A stretch of 64,000 bases of DNA from assembly GCA_963664015.2 (NCBI GenBank), contig CAXXLF010000002.1:960001-1024000 (forward strand), read 5' to 3'. Within the stretch, counting starts at the first letter, position 1. Every line of letters starts with the position of its first letter. The notes under the pieces were generated by a model. It worked only from the letters and a program-made list of their open reading frames with translations, did no database searches and was not told the DNA's origin. The translations under genes were made by a program, and so were the position numbers. Of this stretch, positions 51,146 to 60,277 are shown piece by piece. The DNA comes from Candidatus Binatia bacterium (GTDB lineage: Bacteria; Desulfobacterota; Binatia; UBA9968; CAXXLF01).

Positions 51146-52113
51146 TGGCCGATCTTGTTTGGGTATACGCTGAGATGGTCGACAACAAGATTACTCCGAC
51201 CACCCTGGAAATGCTGGCCAAAGCATCCGAGGTGGGAACGGCGGAAGCCGTCCTCTTGGGACCAGCCCCCGATGACGCAATTGAAGTCCTCTCCCAGCAT
51301 GGGGCCAGTAAGATTCTTCGCTCCGCCGACTCAGTCTTTCATGACTACCTGACGCTCCCGGCGGTGGGAGCGGTGGCCGCCTTGATCCAAAAGTATCAGC
51401 CTGCAGTCATGTTGTTCGCTTCGAGCTATGCGGGTCGCGATGTGGCCAGTACCCTCAGCGCCGTGCTGGACTGCGGTGCCATCACCGATGTCGCAGACTT
51501 CGCCTTGAAAGACGGTTCCGTCGAGGCCACTATCCCCGCCTTGGGCGGCAGTTACCAGAACACATCCACACTTCTCAACACGGGAACTAAGCTTTTGCTG
51601 GTTCGACCAAAATCTTTTGAGCCCAAGTCTAGGGATAATACGGCCCAGGTGGAAGAGGTCCCCCCTCCTTCCGACCCGACCCATCAAAAGGCTCATGTGA
51701 CCGAGCGCGTAACGATTAAGCAGGAAGGCCCCCAGTTAGAGGGAGCCCATGCGGTTATCTCCGGAGGCCGTGGCCTCAAGGGAGAAGAGAATTTTACCAT
51801 GCTACGCGAACTCGCGGAATTACTCGATGGCGCGGTTGGAGCTTCCCGGGCCGCGGTGGATGCCGGCTGGGTCCCCTATTCTGCTCAGGTTGGACAGACT
51901 GGAAAGACCGTAAAACCATACCTTTACCTGGCGTGTGGGATATCCGGCGCGATTCAGCATCTGGCCGGCATGAAGGAATCCAAGACTATTATCGCGATCA
52001 ACACAGACCCCGAAGCCCCCATATTCCAAATCGCCGATCTGGGTATGGTCGGAGATGTTTTTCAAGTGCTCCCCCAGCTCATCGAAGAGATCAAACAACG
52101 CAAGGGTTCCTAG
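51145..52113 (+). CDS. etfA: Electron transfer flavoprotein alpha subunit
   Basis: SGGRG, GASRAAVDAGW, QVGQTGK, GISGAIQHLAGM; TGATG overlap with etfB. Confidence 0.94.
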   Translation: MADLVWVYAEMVDNKITPTTLEMLAKASEVGTAEAVLLGPAPDDAIEVLSQHGASKILRSADSVFHDYLTLPAVGAVAALIQKYQPAVMLFASSYAGRDVASTLSAVLDCGAITDVADFALKDGSVEATIPALGGSYQNTSTLLNTGTKLLLVRPKSFEPKSRDNTAQVEEVPPPSDPTHQKAHVTERVTIKQEGPQLEGAHAVISGGRGLKGEENFTMLRELAELLDGAVGASRAAVDAGWVPYSAQVGQTGKTVKPYLYLACGISGAIQHLAGMKESKTIIAINTDPEAPIFQIADLGMVGDVFQVLPQLIEEIKQRKGS

Positions 52114-52321
52114 GCCCTATCGTCCGAATTCCTTTTCTCTCAAGAACCATCGCCGGTAAGAACCGGGCACTCCTTTAATCAACCACGACTGCCCTTGTTT
52201 CGTACCCGGGTCTTATCATAGGCCCCCGTTGAGCTCTATGGACGGGTGCAAAAAATCGTGGTAAGCAACTTGAAACTCGTGCAGAGAAGGCAACTCGACC
52301 AATCAGAAGGAGGGAAACCGA

Positions 52322-53455
52322 ATGCCCGTCATCGATGTCGATGGACACATCCACGAACCTGAGGAAATGTTCGCCAATCTTCCAGAGGAGTTCTACCCAA
52401 GAAGGCCCATTCGGGTTCTGTTACCGAGAGATACCGTCAGGGAAGACTTCAATGGCTGCTGGATTATTGAAGGGAAAACTCAACCTAACATGGGAGGCCG
52501 CGGGCGTACCACTTTCCTGGTCCCCGGTGACGAACGTTCAAAGAATAAAAATGTCACCATGGGATCGTTGACTTTATCCGATATCGACGCTCGAGTTGCG
52601 GACCTTGATCGGCTTGGCATTGATATACAAGTAATCTTTCCGACCATGTTCCTCGTCTCCGTTGCGGAGGAAGTGAAGCTAGAGGGAGCAATTTTTCAGG
52701 CCTACAATACCTATCTAGGTGAAGCCTGCGCCAAGTCTAAGGGACGGGTCAAGTGGGTAGCACTGATCCCATTCCGAGATCCAGAGGTTGCAGTGCCGGA
52801 AATCCGACGGGTCAAGGAGCTGGGGGCCACTGGGATTTTCACCATGGGGATGGTATGGGATCAAACGTTGGCGGATCCCGCTTTTTTCCCCATTTATCAG
52901 CAGGCGGCGGAGATGGATTTACCCATATGCGTTCACCTGGGGTGGGCATCTCCACAGGTTACCAACCTTTTTTCTGATGCTCAGTCCTTTTTTGTTTCCG
53001 CAACCATACCCGTTATTTGGGGTTTTACCTACGTCATGGGATACGGTCTGGTAAACCGCTTTAATGGGCTCCGCTTTGGATTTTTCGAGAGCGGTTCTGA
53101 GTGGGTCCCTTTTACAATCAAGCAGCTGCGTCGTCGTGCTAGACCGCTCACCCTTGCACGCCCCTTGGCCAATCGGCCAGGTTTCGGAACCGGGTTCGAT
53201 CAGCAGTACTACCAGGACCCAGAGGAGCTCTTGCGATCGGGGAAGGTTTTTGTAAACTGCGAGGGAGACGAAAACTTCAACTATCTCATTGAAAGCATAG
53301 GTGAAGATTCCCTGATGTGTTCTTCGGACTTCCCCCACGCCGACCCTTCAGCGGAGGAGAATTTTGTCGATCACTGGCGCAAACGGACAGACATTCCTGA
53401 CCATGTAAAGGCGAAAATCATGGGGAAAAACGCCGCAAGGTTTTTCAAAATCTAG
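52322..53455 (+). CDS. Amidohydrolase-2 family protein
   Basis: IDVDGHIHEP, FPT, PICVH, FESG, SDFPHAD. Confidence 0.88.
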   Translation: MPVIDVDGHIHEPEEMFANLPEEFYPRRPIRVLLPRDTVREDFNGCWIIEGKTQPNMGGRGRTTFLVPGDERSKNKNVTMGSLTLSDIDARVADLDRLGIDIQVIFPTMFLVSVAEEVKLEGAIFQAYNTYLGEACAKSKGRVKWVALIPFRDPEVAVPEIRRVKELGATGIFTMGMVWDQTLADPAFFPIYQQAAEMDLPICVHLGWASPQVTNLFSDAQSFFVSATIPVIWGFTYVMGYGLVNRFNGLRFGFFESGSEWVPFTIKQLRRRARPLTLARPLANRPGFGTGFDQQYYQDPEELLRSGKVFVNCEGDENFNYLIESIGEDSLMCSSDFPHADPSAEENFVDHWRKRTDIPDHVKAKIMGKNAARFFKI

Positions 53456-53575
53456 CTGTTCCTGACGCCAGTCCTTTTGAGCGATTGCCGGTTGGACAAA
53501 TCGGAGGGTTAATGTTGCTGGGCAGTCCAAGAGCACTATATCCCAACGACCGGCAAGAGCTAGGGGATCATCCCT

Positions 53576-54862
53576 ATGACGAAAGAAGAGAATGAGCTTT
53601 TAACTCAAACCGAGCCTGGTACCCCGTGTGGTGAACTCATGAGGCGGTACTGGCAACCGGTTGCGCTCTCCCGAGAACTGCCTTCCGACAGTTCACCCCT
53701 CAGTGTTAAGATTTTTGGCGAGGAACTCGTTCTGTTCCGGAACAAAGAGGGGCAACCTGGATTGTTGGGGCTTCATTGTTCCCACAGAGGCGCCGATCTC
53801 AGCTATGGACGGGTGGAAGATGGGGGTATCCGGTGCATTTACCACGGTTGGCTCTATGATCTATCGGGGCGCTGCCTCGATCAACCGGGGGAACCTCAAG
53901 GCGGGCCGCAGAAGCAATCCATTCGCCACCCAGCTTATCCATGCCATGAAAAGGCTGGTGCGATCTTTGCTTACCTGGGACCGGGGCAGCCGCCGCTTTT
54001 CACTAACTACGAGTTTCTCGCGGCACCAGATAACCATACCTACGTGGAAAAGCGTTACCAATCGTGTAATTACCTCCAGGCTAACGAAGGCAATTTCGAC
54101 CTCGCCCACCTTGGCTTCCTGCACTACAATTTTAAAAATGGTGGCATCGGCGGCGTAGGGTACAAAGGCCTGCCATCCACTGATATATCCGGACGGGGTG
54201 CAGCCCCAGAGGTTGAACATATCGAAGCCGAACTTAAGCGTTTCGGCGTTCGCTGCTACAAGATTCGCCCGGAGGTTGAGCCGGGCAAGTATTATTTTCT
54301 TGTGCACGATTTTGTTCTACCCAATCTGACATGTTTTCCTGGATATTCGTGGGGGGGAGACGGATACATGTGTAACTGGCATGTACCCATAGATAACACG
54401 GCCCATTGGAAGTACACATTCCTCCTCTCGCGCAACAGACCGGTTGACCCTGAACTCCTCCAGCGACGGGCCGATCAGCTAACGGTAGATTACAAGCCGG
54501 TGCGGAACAAAGAAAACCGATATCTTCAGGATCGAACTCTCATGGATAAAACCAGCTATAGCGGTATCTGGAGCCCCGATGGGGGGGTGGTCTTTCAGAC
54601 GGAGGATTTGGTGGTCGTTGAGGGGCAAGGGACAGTTCAAGACAGGACTCAGGAGCACCTGATGCCCTCGGATATCGTGCTCGTGTTAGCGAGGAAAGCC
54701 ATGGTCAAGGCCATAAGGGACCTGCAAGAAGGCCGGGAGCCAGACAATGTAGTTCGCGATGCAAAGTTCAATGGTTTTCACGTCGGCGGCATGCAGGACC
54801 TCTTTGCTAACTCGGTGAACTGGAAGGAATGCGCAAAACGGTTGGATGCTGATCGGGTGTAG
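53576..54862 (+). CDS. Rieske non-heme iron oxygenase (phthalate 4,5-dioxygenase/LigX-like alpha subunit)
   Basis: LMRRYWQP, Rieske CSH...CIYH, mononuclear Fe site EGNFDLAHLGFLH. Confidence 0.9.
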   Translation: MTKEENELLTQTEPGTPCGELMRRYWQPVALSRELPSDSSPLSVKIFGEELVLFRNKEGQPGLLGLHCSHRGADLSYGRVEDGGIRCIYHGWLYDLSGRCLDQPGEPQGGPQKQSIRHPAYPCHEKAGAIFAYLGPGQPPLFTNYEFLAAPDNHTYVEKRYQSCNYLQANEGNFDLAHLGFLHYNFKNGGIGGVGYKGLPSTDISGRGAAPEVEHIEAELKRFGVRCYKIRPEVEPGKYYFLVHDFVLPNLTCFPGYSWGGDGYMCNWHVPIDNTAHWKYTFLLSRNRPVDPELLQRRADQLTVDYKPVRNKENRYLQDRTLMDKTSYSGIWSPDGGVVFQTEDLVVVEGQGTVQDRTQEHLMPSDIVLVLARKAMVKAIRDLQEGREPDNVVRDAKFNGFHVGGMQDLFANSVNWKECAKRLDADRV

Positions 54863-54980
54863 GCAACCAATCTATCTTAATGGGGATCGTCTACGATTGG
54901 CTCCGATAGGAATGCGATCTGGGGAATGTCGGCTCATATAATTCAATAACTTTTCAGAAGGATACTTAGGGTTACTCCAA

Positions 54981-57193
54981 ATGAAGCTTTTTTTAAAAAA
55001 GAGTCTTTATTGACCTATGTGGCACTCTTACTAGGATGTTGCTCTGCTCTATTGGCTGGATGTGGCGGTGGCGGTGGCGGTGGCGGTGGTAGCACAACTA
55101 CCCTTTGCGGTGCCTACGGCACCGAGTATGCAGGGCAAGCTGGGCTGGCATCAATCGGTGCGGCTAGCATAAACAACGCCGGGTATACCGGGTCCGGAAT
55201 AAAAGTAGCGGTAGTCGATACCGGAATTGATTCAGCACACGCGGAATTTAGTGGGAAAACAATTTCCGGAACGAATTTTGGTGCTGAATCAGATGGCTAT
55301 GGGAAAGACGCCGATGGTCACGGTACTCATGTCGCATCAATTATAGCAGGCACACGTGACGGCGCAGGAATGCGTGGGGTCGCTTATGATTCAACCCTCT
55401 ATGATTATAAAATAGGTGGTAATGAAAAAGAAGAACTCCCGGGCGCAGGAACAGATACTCTGGACGCTGCGGTATATAATCAGCATGTAACTGACAACAT
55501 TCAGGTTTCTAATAATAGTTGGGGCTATTCCACCTTAGCTAATGGTTACACCGAATCAAAACTTCGTGATTTGAGGCCCGAAACCATTGCGGCAATGCGA
55601 GCTGCTCAGCAAAATGGAACCGTGTTTGTTTTCGCAGCGGGTAATGACAATGAAGATCAGGTCATTCTACTTGGTGGATTTCCTTATACAATAACTGAAT
55701 TAGCCAATGAATGGCTAACCGTCGTTGCCGTCGGGCCGGACCTTAAAAAACCTTTATACTCCAACAAGTGCGGAGTGGCCAAAGACTTCTGCGTAACCGC
55801 CCCGGGCGGCGGAAATGATGAATCGGCAGATGGAATTTATGCTGCTCAGGCCGACGACACAGCCAACGACACATATGTTAGGTATAGTGGCACCTCAATG
55901 GCGGCGCCACATGTCACGGGCCTCGTAGCAACTGTCATGCAAAGGTTTCCGAGCCTAACGGCCGCACAGATTGTCACTCGTGTAAAAGATACAGCCTCAT
56001 ATGATAGCTTAACCGGTTATTTTGGATGCACCACTTCGAGTTGTACCACCGCCAAAATGGAGGCGATATTCGGACACGGCTTGGTCAACGCTGCTGCGGC
56101 AACAAGTGCAATTAGTTCATTAACCTATTCAACTGACGGAAAGGTTTATTCAACTGGATCGGTCGACCTCTCGCAGAGAAAATTGTCAGTGCCCTACGGG
56201 TTGTCGTCAACAGCTATTAAAGTCCTAGCCAACAAACAATTCGCAGTTTTTGACGCGTTTGACGGGGCTACGTTTCATATTTCTGGTTCAGAAATTTTTG
56301 ATCTGAAGAAAAGCCAATCTTCACCAGCCCTGGGTTATTCCTCTCCCAATAACACCGAGAATACTGCGACTGGCGTTCTTTCCTTCAGTTCTACTAAAGA
56401 CGTATCCAGTGTCGGAACTCCTATTCATTTCAGCCGGTCTTCTGACCCCGTGGCACTCTCTAGCGGACATGCATGGGGGGAGAAAATGGGGTTTATGCCT
56501 TCCCCCAGTTTCATTGCCAAAAGCGAACGTAACCAATTGGAAGTAACGGCCTTTGAAGGTGAGGGATTTTCAATCCGACCATTTTTCCAGTTCGGCAATA
56601 ACTCAAGTGATCCATCCGGCGGTGTAGGGATAAATCTATCTTTCAATCCAATAAAGGGCTTGGCCCTCCATTCAGGTTTATCTCAAACAACCGCTGATGT
56701 GCAACTTGGCATGTTGGGTGGAAGCCTGCCAACTGCCGGCGACATACGTACCCTGGAAGTAGGGTTTGAACAAAAATTATCTGATCAGGTTAATGTATTC
56801 GGACGCTCCTCTTTTAACCAAATTAGTGATAGACAGCCCGGCATAACTCAATTTGGTTTGAAAGACGGCTCGTATGCTCAGCTAACGCTGGGGGCGGAGT
56901 ACAAGAGAGCCGCAACTAAAGTAACTTTTGGCGTATATGATCCGGGTCATTTGTACCAAGGAAATTATCCCCTTATGATCCCCACTGCCCGTAACAGGCA
57001 GGGGGAGATCAGTTATTCGAAACAAGATTTTTCTGCAAAGTCAGAATTTAGTTTGGGAGCATTCGTCGCAATTCGGCACCACCTAAGTTTAAGCGGTAAA
57101 AAATATGGAACTATCAACTTTAATATTCAACAATCCGCTTACAATTCATCAGAATTAGGTAACGTATCATTCGCTTATCAATTGCCATTTTAA
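54981..57193 (+). CDS. S8 subtilase lipoprotein with C-terminal beta-rich (barrel-like) domain; ATG at 54981 is out of frame with the main ORF 55010-57193
   Basis: Lipobox LAGC, poly-Gly linker, triad VVDTG / HGTHVA / GTSMAAPHV, FAAGN, terminal Phe. Confidence 0.85.
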
Positions 57194-57246
57194 TCTTCCT
57201 AGCGTTCCCTGGCTGCGCGCGGGTAGCCGGAATCAATGCGTCATGC

Positions 57247-57594
57247 ATGCCCATTTATGAATTTTATGGTCGTTTTAACGGTCAAGTTTCAAAAAAAATC
57301 CTTTTGACCGGGGACGAAGTAAAAAAAATCATAACACTTCGGAATAACAACCGGCCTAGGGAGGTGAAGCGACTTCTTTCATACCCCTCAGCAACTAAAC
57401 TTATACTAATCCTAGGGCCGTATAGCGGCAGTACCGCCACGGCACTTAATGTTGAACAAACTGCCAACCAAAAACAATTGATTTTGACTAGAAAATTTAT
57501 GACCAGAGAGATAGGTCTTTTTGTGATGAACCAACCATTTTGGTTGGCCAGGGTGCCGGAGAAATGTGAAGTTATCATGAAAAACAACTCGTAA
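57247..57594 (+). CDS. Hypothetical protein resembling the PrcB C-terminal domain
   Basis: Pattern ILGPYSGSTATALNV...LFVMNQPFWLARVPE; in-frame upstream signal-like segment; directly follows the subtilase. Confidence 0.45.
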   Translation: MPIYEFYGRFNGQVSKKILLTGDEVKKIITLRNNNRPREVKRLLSYPSATKLILILGPYSGSTATALNVEQTANQKQLILTRKFMTREIGLFVMNQPFWLARVPEKCEVIMKNNS

Positions 57595-57688
57595 CCGGAA
57601 GGTCTCAGGTTGAAATTTTTTCAACCTATCCAAACATCTCATTAAATCCATCGCTTATGAAAAACCTTTGATAAGCCTATGCTTGCCC

Positions 57689-58066
57689 TAGACCATTTTC
57701 GAGATTGATTGATTCAAGTTTTGCGTTAGGGGATTCCCTTTTGTTTGCGACCCTGATTCACTCCCTGCTCTGGCTGGTGAGGGGGATCACATGGCGAGGG
57801 TCTATTCACAGGATTTGCGTGAGCGTTTGATAGGAGCTGTGAAGGCTTGGCATTCCGCCAGCGCGGCGAGCCGCGTCTTCGGGGTCAGCCGATCGATTGC
57901 GATCAAATGGATGCAATCCTGGCGTCGTACTGGCGACGTTCCTCGGGCGACGCCGCGCAAGCGTTATCGCTGGCGGTTGGATGTTCATGAGGCCTGGTTG
58001 TTGTCGCTTGTGGCGCAAGAGCCGGACCTGACGCTGGAGGAGATCCGGGATAACATCTATGTTTGA
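57689..58066 (+). mobile_element. IS630-family remnant (left end plus HTH part of the transposase)
   Basis: ORF 57791-58066 YSQDLRERL...FGVSRS.AIKW...PDLTLEEI; DDE domain missing; probable left end at CTAG 57688-57691 (approximate). Confidence 0.8.
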
Positions 58067-58155
58067 GGCGTATCCATACAATCCATCTCCTCCCCGTCGT
58101 CACCAACGCACAGGCAATCGGAGACATGGGTAAAATCACCGTCGGGTAGTCACCT

Positions 58156-58746
58156 TTATGCAGCTCGTAGAACTTTGTAGATGGTTTGCGTACCCACAGA
58201 ACATTCCGACGCAATCTTGCGTATGGTTACTCCACCCGATTTCATATCGAGGATTTTCTGTTGTGTGGAAAGGGTTAGGTTGGTTTTGCGACCAAGTATT
58301 TTACCTTTTGCCTTCGCATTTGCTAATCCACTCATAACGCGCTCCCTAATTATAGAACGCTCAAATTCAGCAAATGCGGAAATCATGGAAAACATCAATT
58401 TTCCACTTGGTGGCGTGGTGTCGATAGATTGCTTCAGCATAAACAATTCGATCGACTTTGACTGCAAATCATTAAGGATTTAAATAAGTTGCTGTAAGGA
58501 ACGACCCAGGCGGTCTATGCTGGAAACCATGACGACATCAAATTTCTTTTTGACACTATCTTTCATCATTCTGTCGAGGTCAGGTCTGCCGTCTCTATTC
58601 TTTGCTCCACTTATTCCCAAGTCGATGTAGGTTTCGACAATTTCCCAATTATTCCTCACGGCTACTACCGTGAGTTCCCTTACCTGTCGTTCCACAGATT
58701 GTGATGATTTCGAGATCCGGCAATACAAGTTTAATTGCTTAATCAC
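58156..58746 (-). pseudogene. Serine recombinase (resolvase) with in-frame nonsense codon
   Basis: YCRIS...Q, DRLGRS, then TAA at 58480-58482, continuing in frame ILNDLQ...AFAEFERSIIRERV and a C-terminal HTH. Confidence 0.9.
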
Positions 58747-58887
58747 TCAATCGCACCGGATCGGGTAAACAGATGATTCCCCAGCGCACCCAAGAAATCA
58801 AAAAAGGCAAAGGCGCCTGACCCCCTTTTCCCAGCTTGAGCCGGGCAGGAGAATTCCCCAACCCGGCCCAACTCTAGAATTATTCAA

Positions 58888-59985
58888 TTAACGCCCGTAC
58901 ACCTCTGTCAGCAACGGCATTAGCACTTTCTTTTTGGCCAACTGATCCTCCGTAAAGGTTCCAATGTAATCCGCTGGAGGAATTCGCCACTCCCGTACAT
59001 GGTCCGTGGATACATCCAACCTTTGACTGACATAATTCATATTCTTGGAATAAGCCGTCTGGGCTTTCTTGGAAAGTAACCAATTGATAAACACCTTGGC
59101 AGCGTTGGGGTGAGGGGCCCGATTCATTAGTGCAACGGCACCATTGCTGGTTCCTGCATCAGACCCTTCTTTGACTGTCCTCGGATCCACGATATTGATT
59201 GGTACTCCTTGACTGATCTTGTACTCGGCGGTGGCATCGGAGCTGCCGATAAGTATGGGATAGCGACCGCGGGCCAAACCGTTGAGTTCCTGCTGATAGT
59301 CTCTCAAGATGGTAACTTTCTGTTTTCCGAAGGCCCGTATGAATTCAGGACCAAGGTCCGGGTGCAGGTAGAAAAAGAGAAAAGATGCCTGTCCCGGTCC
59401 CGACTTGCGGGGATCGTCTATGACAATCTTCCCGCTCCACTTGGGGTCGAGAAGATCCTTGTGGGAGCGGATTTCGCCCGTCTTGACCATCTTGGGGTTG
59501 GTCATAATGATGCTTCTCCGGGTCAAGGAAAATCCCATCTGGAGACGGCCAGCACGATCGGCAAACAAATGGCGCCCGCCCCGCCAGTTCTTGGGATCCT
59601 TGACCGCGGGCAGGATGAAGGTCGGAGCCAATGGATCGAGGGCCCCGGCGGGGGCCAAAGCCGTCAACCCCGTGGTGGTGCCACCAACGTAAACATCCCA
59701 AAGGTAATGCTTAGCCCGCCGTTCGGACAGAACTCTGGGCGATATCGTTCTTCCCGATCCCCCCAGATAATCCACCTTGATACCGAACGCCTTTTCAAAC
59801 TCCAGGATAACATCACGTGCCTGAACCTGTCTGGGGCCAAGGACAGCTACCCGACCCTCTTTCTTCGCAGCCGCAAGGGTTTTCTCCCACTCCTGCTGCC
59901 AGCCCTGCTGGGCCGAGGCTGTGGGCGCCAGAATCCACAGAAACAGGCCTAAAAGGGTAAAAAAGAACACTTTCATGAATCTCAT
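58888..59985 (-). CDS. Orphan ABC-type extracellular solute-binding protein (AfuA/Fe3+-like class)
   Basis: Signal peptide, AAAKKEG, DLLDPKWSGKI, APHPNAAKVFINWLLS; no permease or ATPase nearby. Confidence 0.88.
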   Translation of the reverse strand: MRFMKVFFFTLLGLFLWILAPTASAQQGWQQEWEKTLAAAKKEGRVAVLGPRQVQARDVILEFEKAFGIKVDYLGGSGRTISPRVLSERRAKHYLWDVYVGGTTTGLTALAPAGALDPLAPTFILPAVKDPKNWRGGRHLFADRAGRLQMGFSLTRRSIIMTNPKMVKTGEIRSHKDLLDPKWSGKIVIDDPRKSGPGQASFLFFYLHPDLGPEFIRAFGKQKVTILRDYQQELNGLARGRYPILIGSSDATAEYKISQGVPINIVDPRTVKEGSDAGTSNGAVALMNRAPHPNAAKVFINWLLSKKAQTAYSKNMNYVSQRLDVSTDHVREWRIPPADYIGTFTEDQLAKKKVLMPLLTEVYGR

Positions 59986-60277
59986 ATCCTCACCTTTCTT
60001 AACTTTGTGGGTCGCCTACCCACGCGAGCCGAATTCGGCCCAAGTCCACTCTGAAATTTCATCGAATACGCGCATTATAAAACACATCTCCAATGCCATG
60101 TCAATTCTTTCACCGACGGTTAAAGACAGGTAAATTTCAAGACAATCACGGCGTGAACGGGAACCTGTGGATTAGAACCTGATTCAATCGGGCCTGGGCC
60201 GTCACGAATGCACAACCAGCACAACCCCTAGCAGAGCGTGAAAGACTAATGGTGAAGCATCAACTCAAATACGATCA

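Noticed and set aside
55064-55090. (GGCGGT)4 microsatellite
   Set aside because: In-frame poly-Gly linker typical after the lipoprotein Cys; length change would not shift the frame
58067-58155. Short acidic, Cys-containing minus-strand frame between the IS630 stump and the resolvase
   Set aside because: Too short, no start codon, not identifiable
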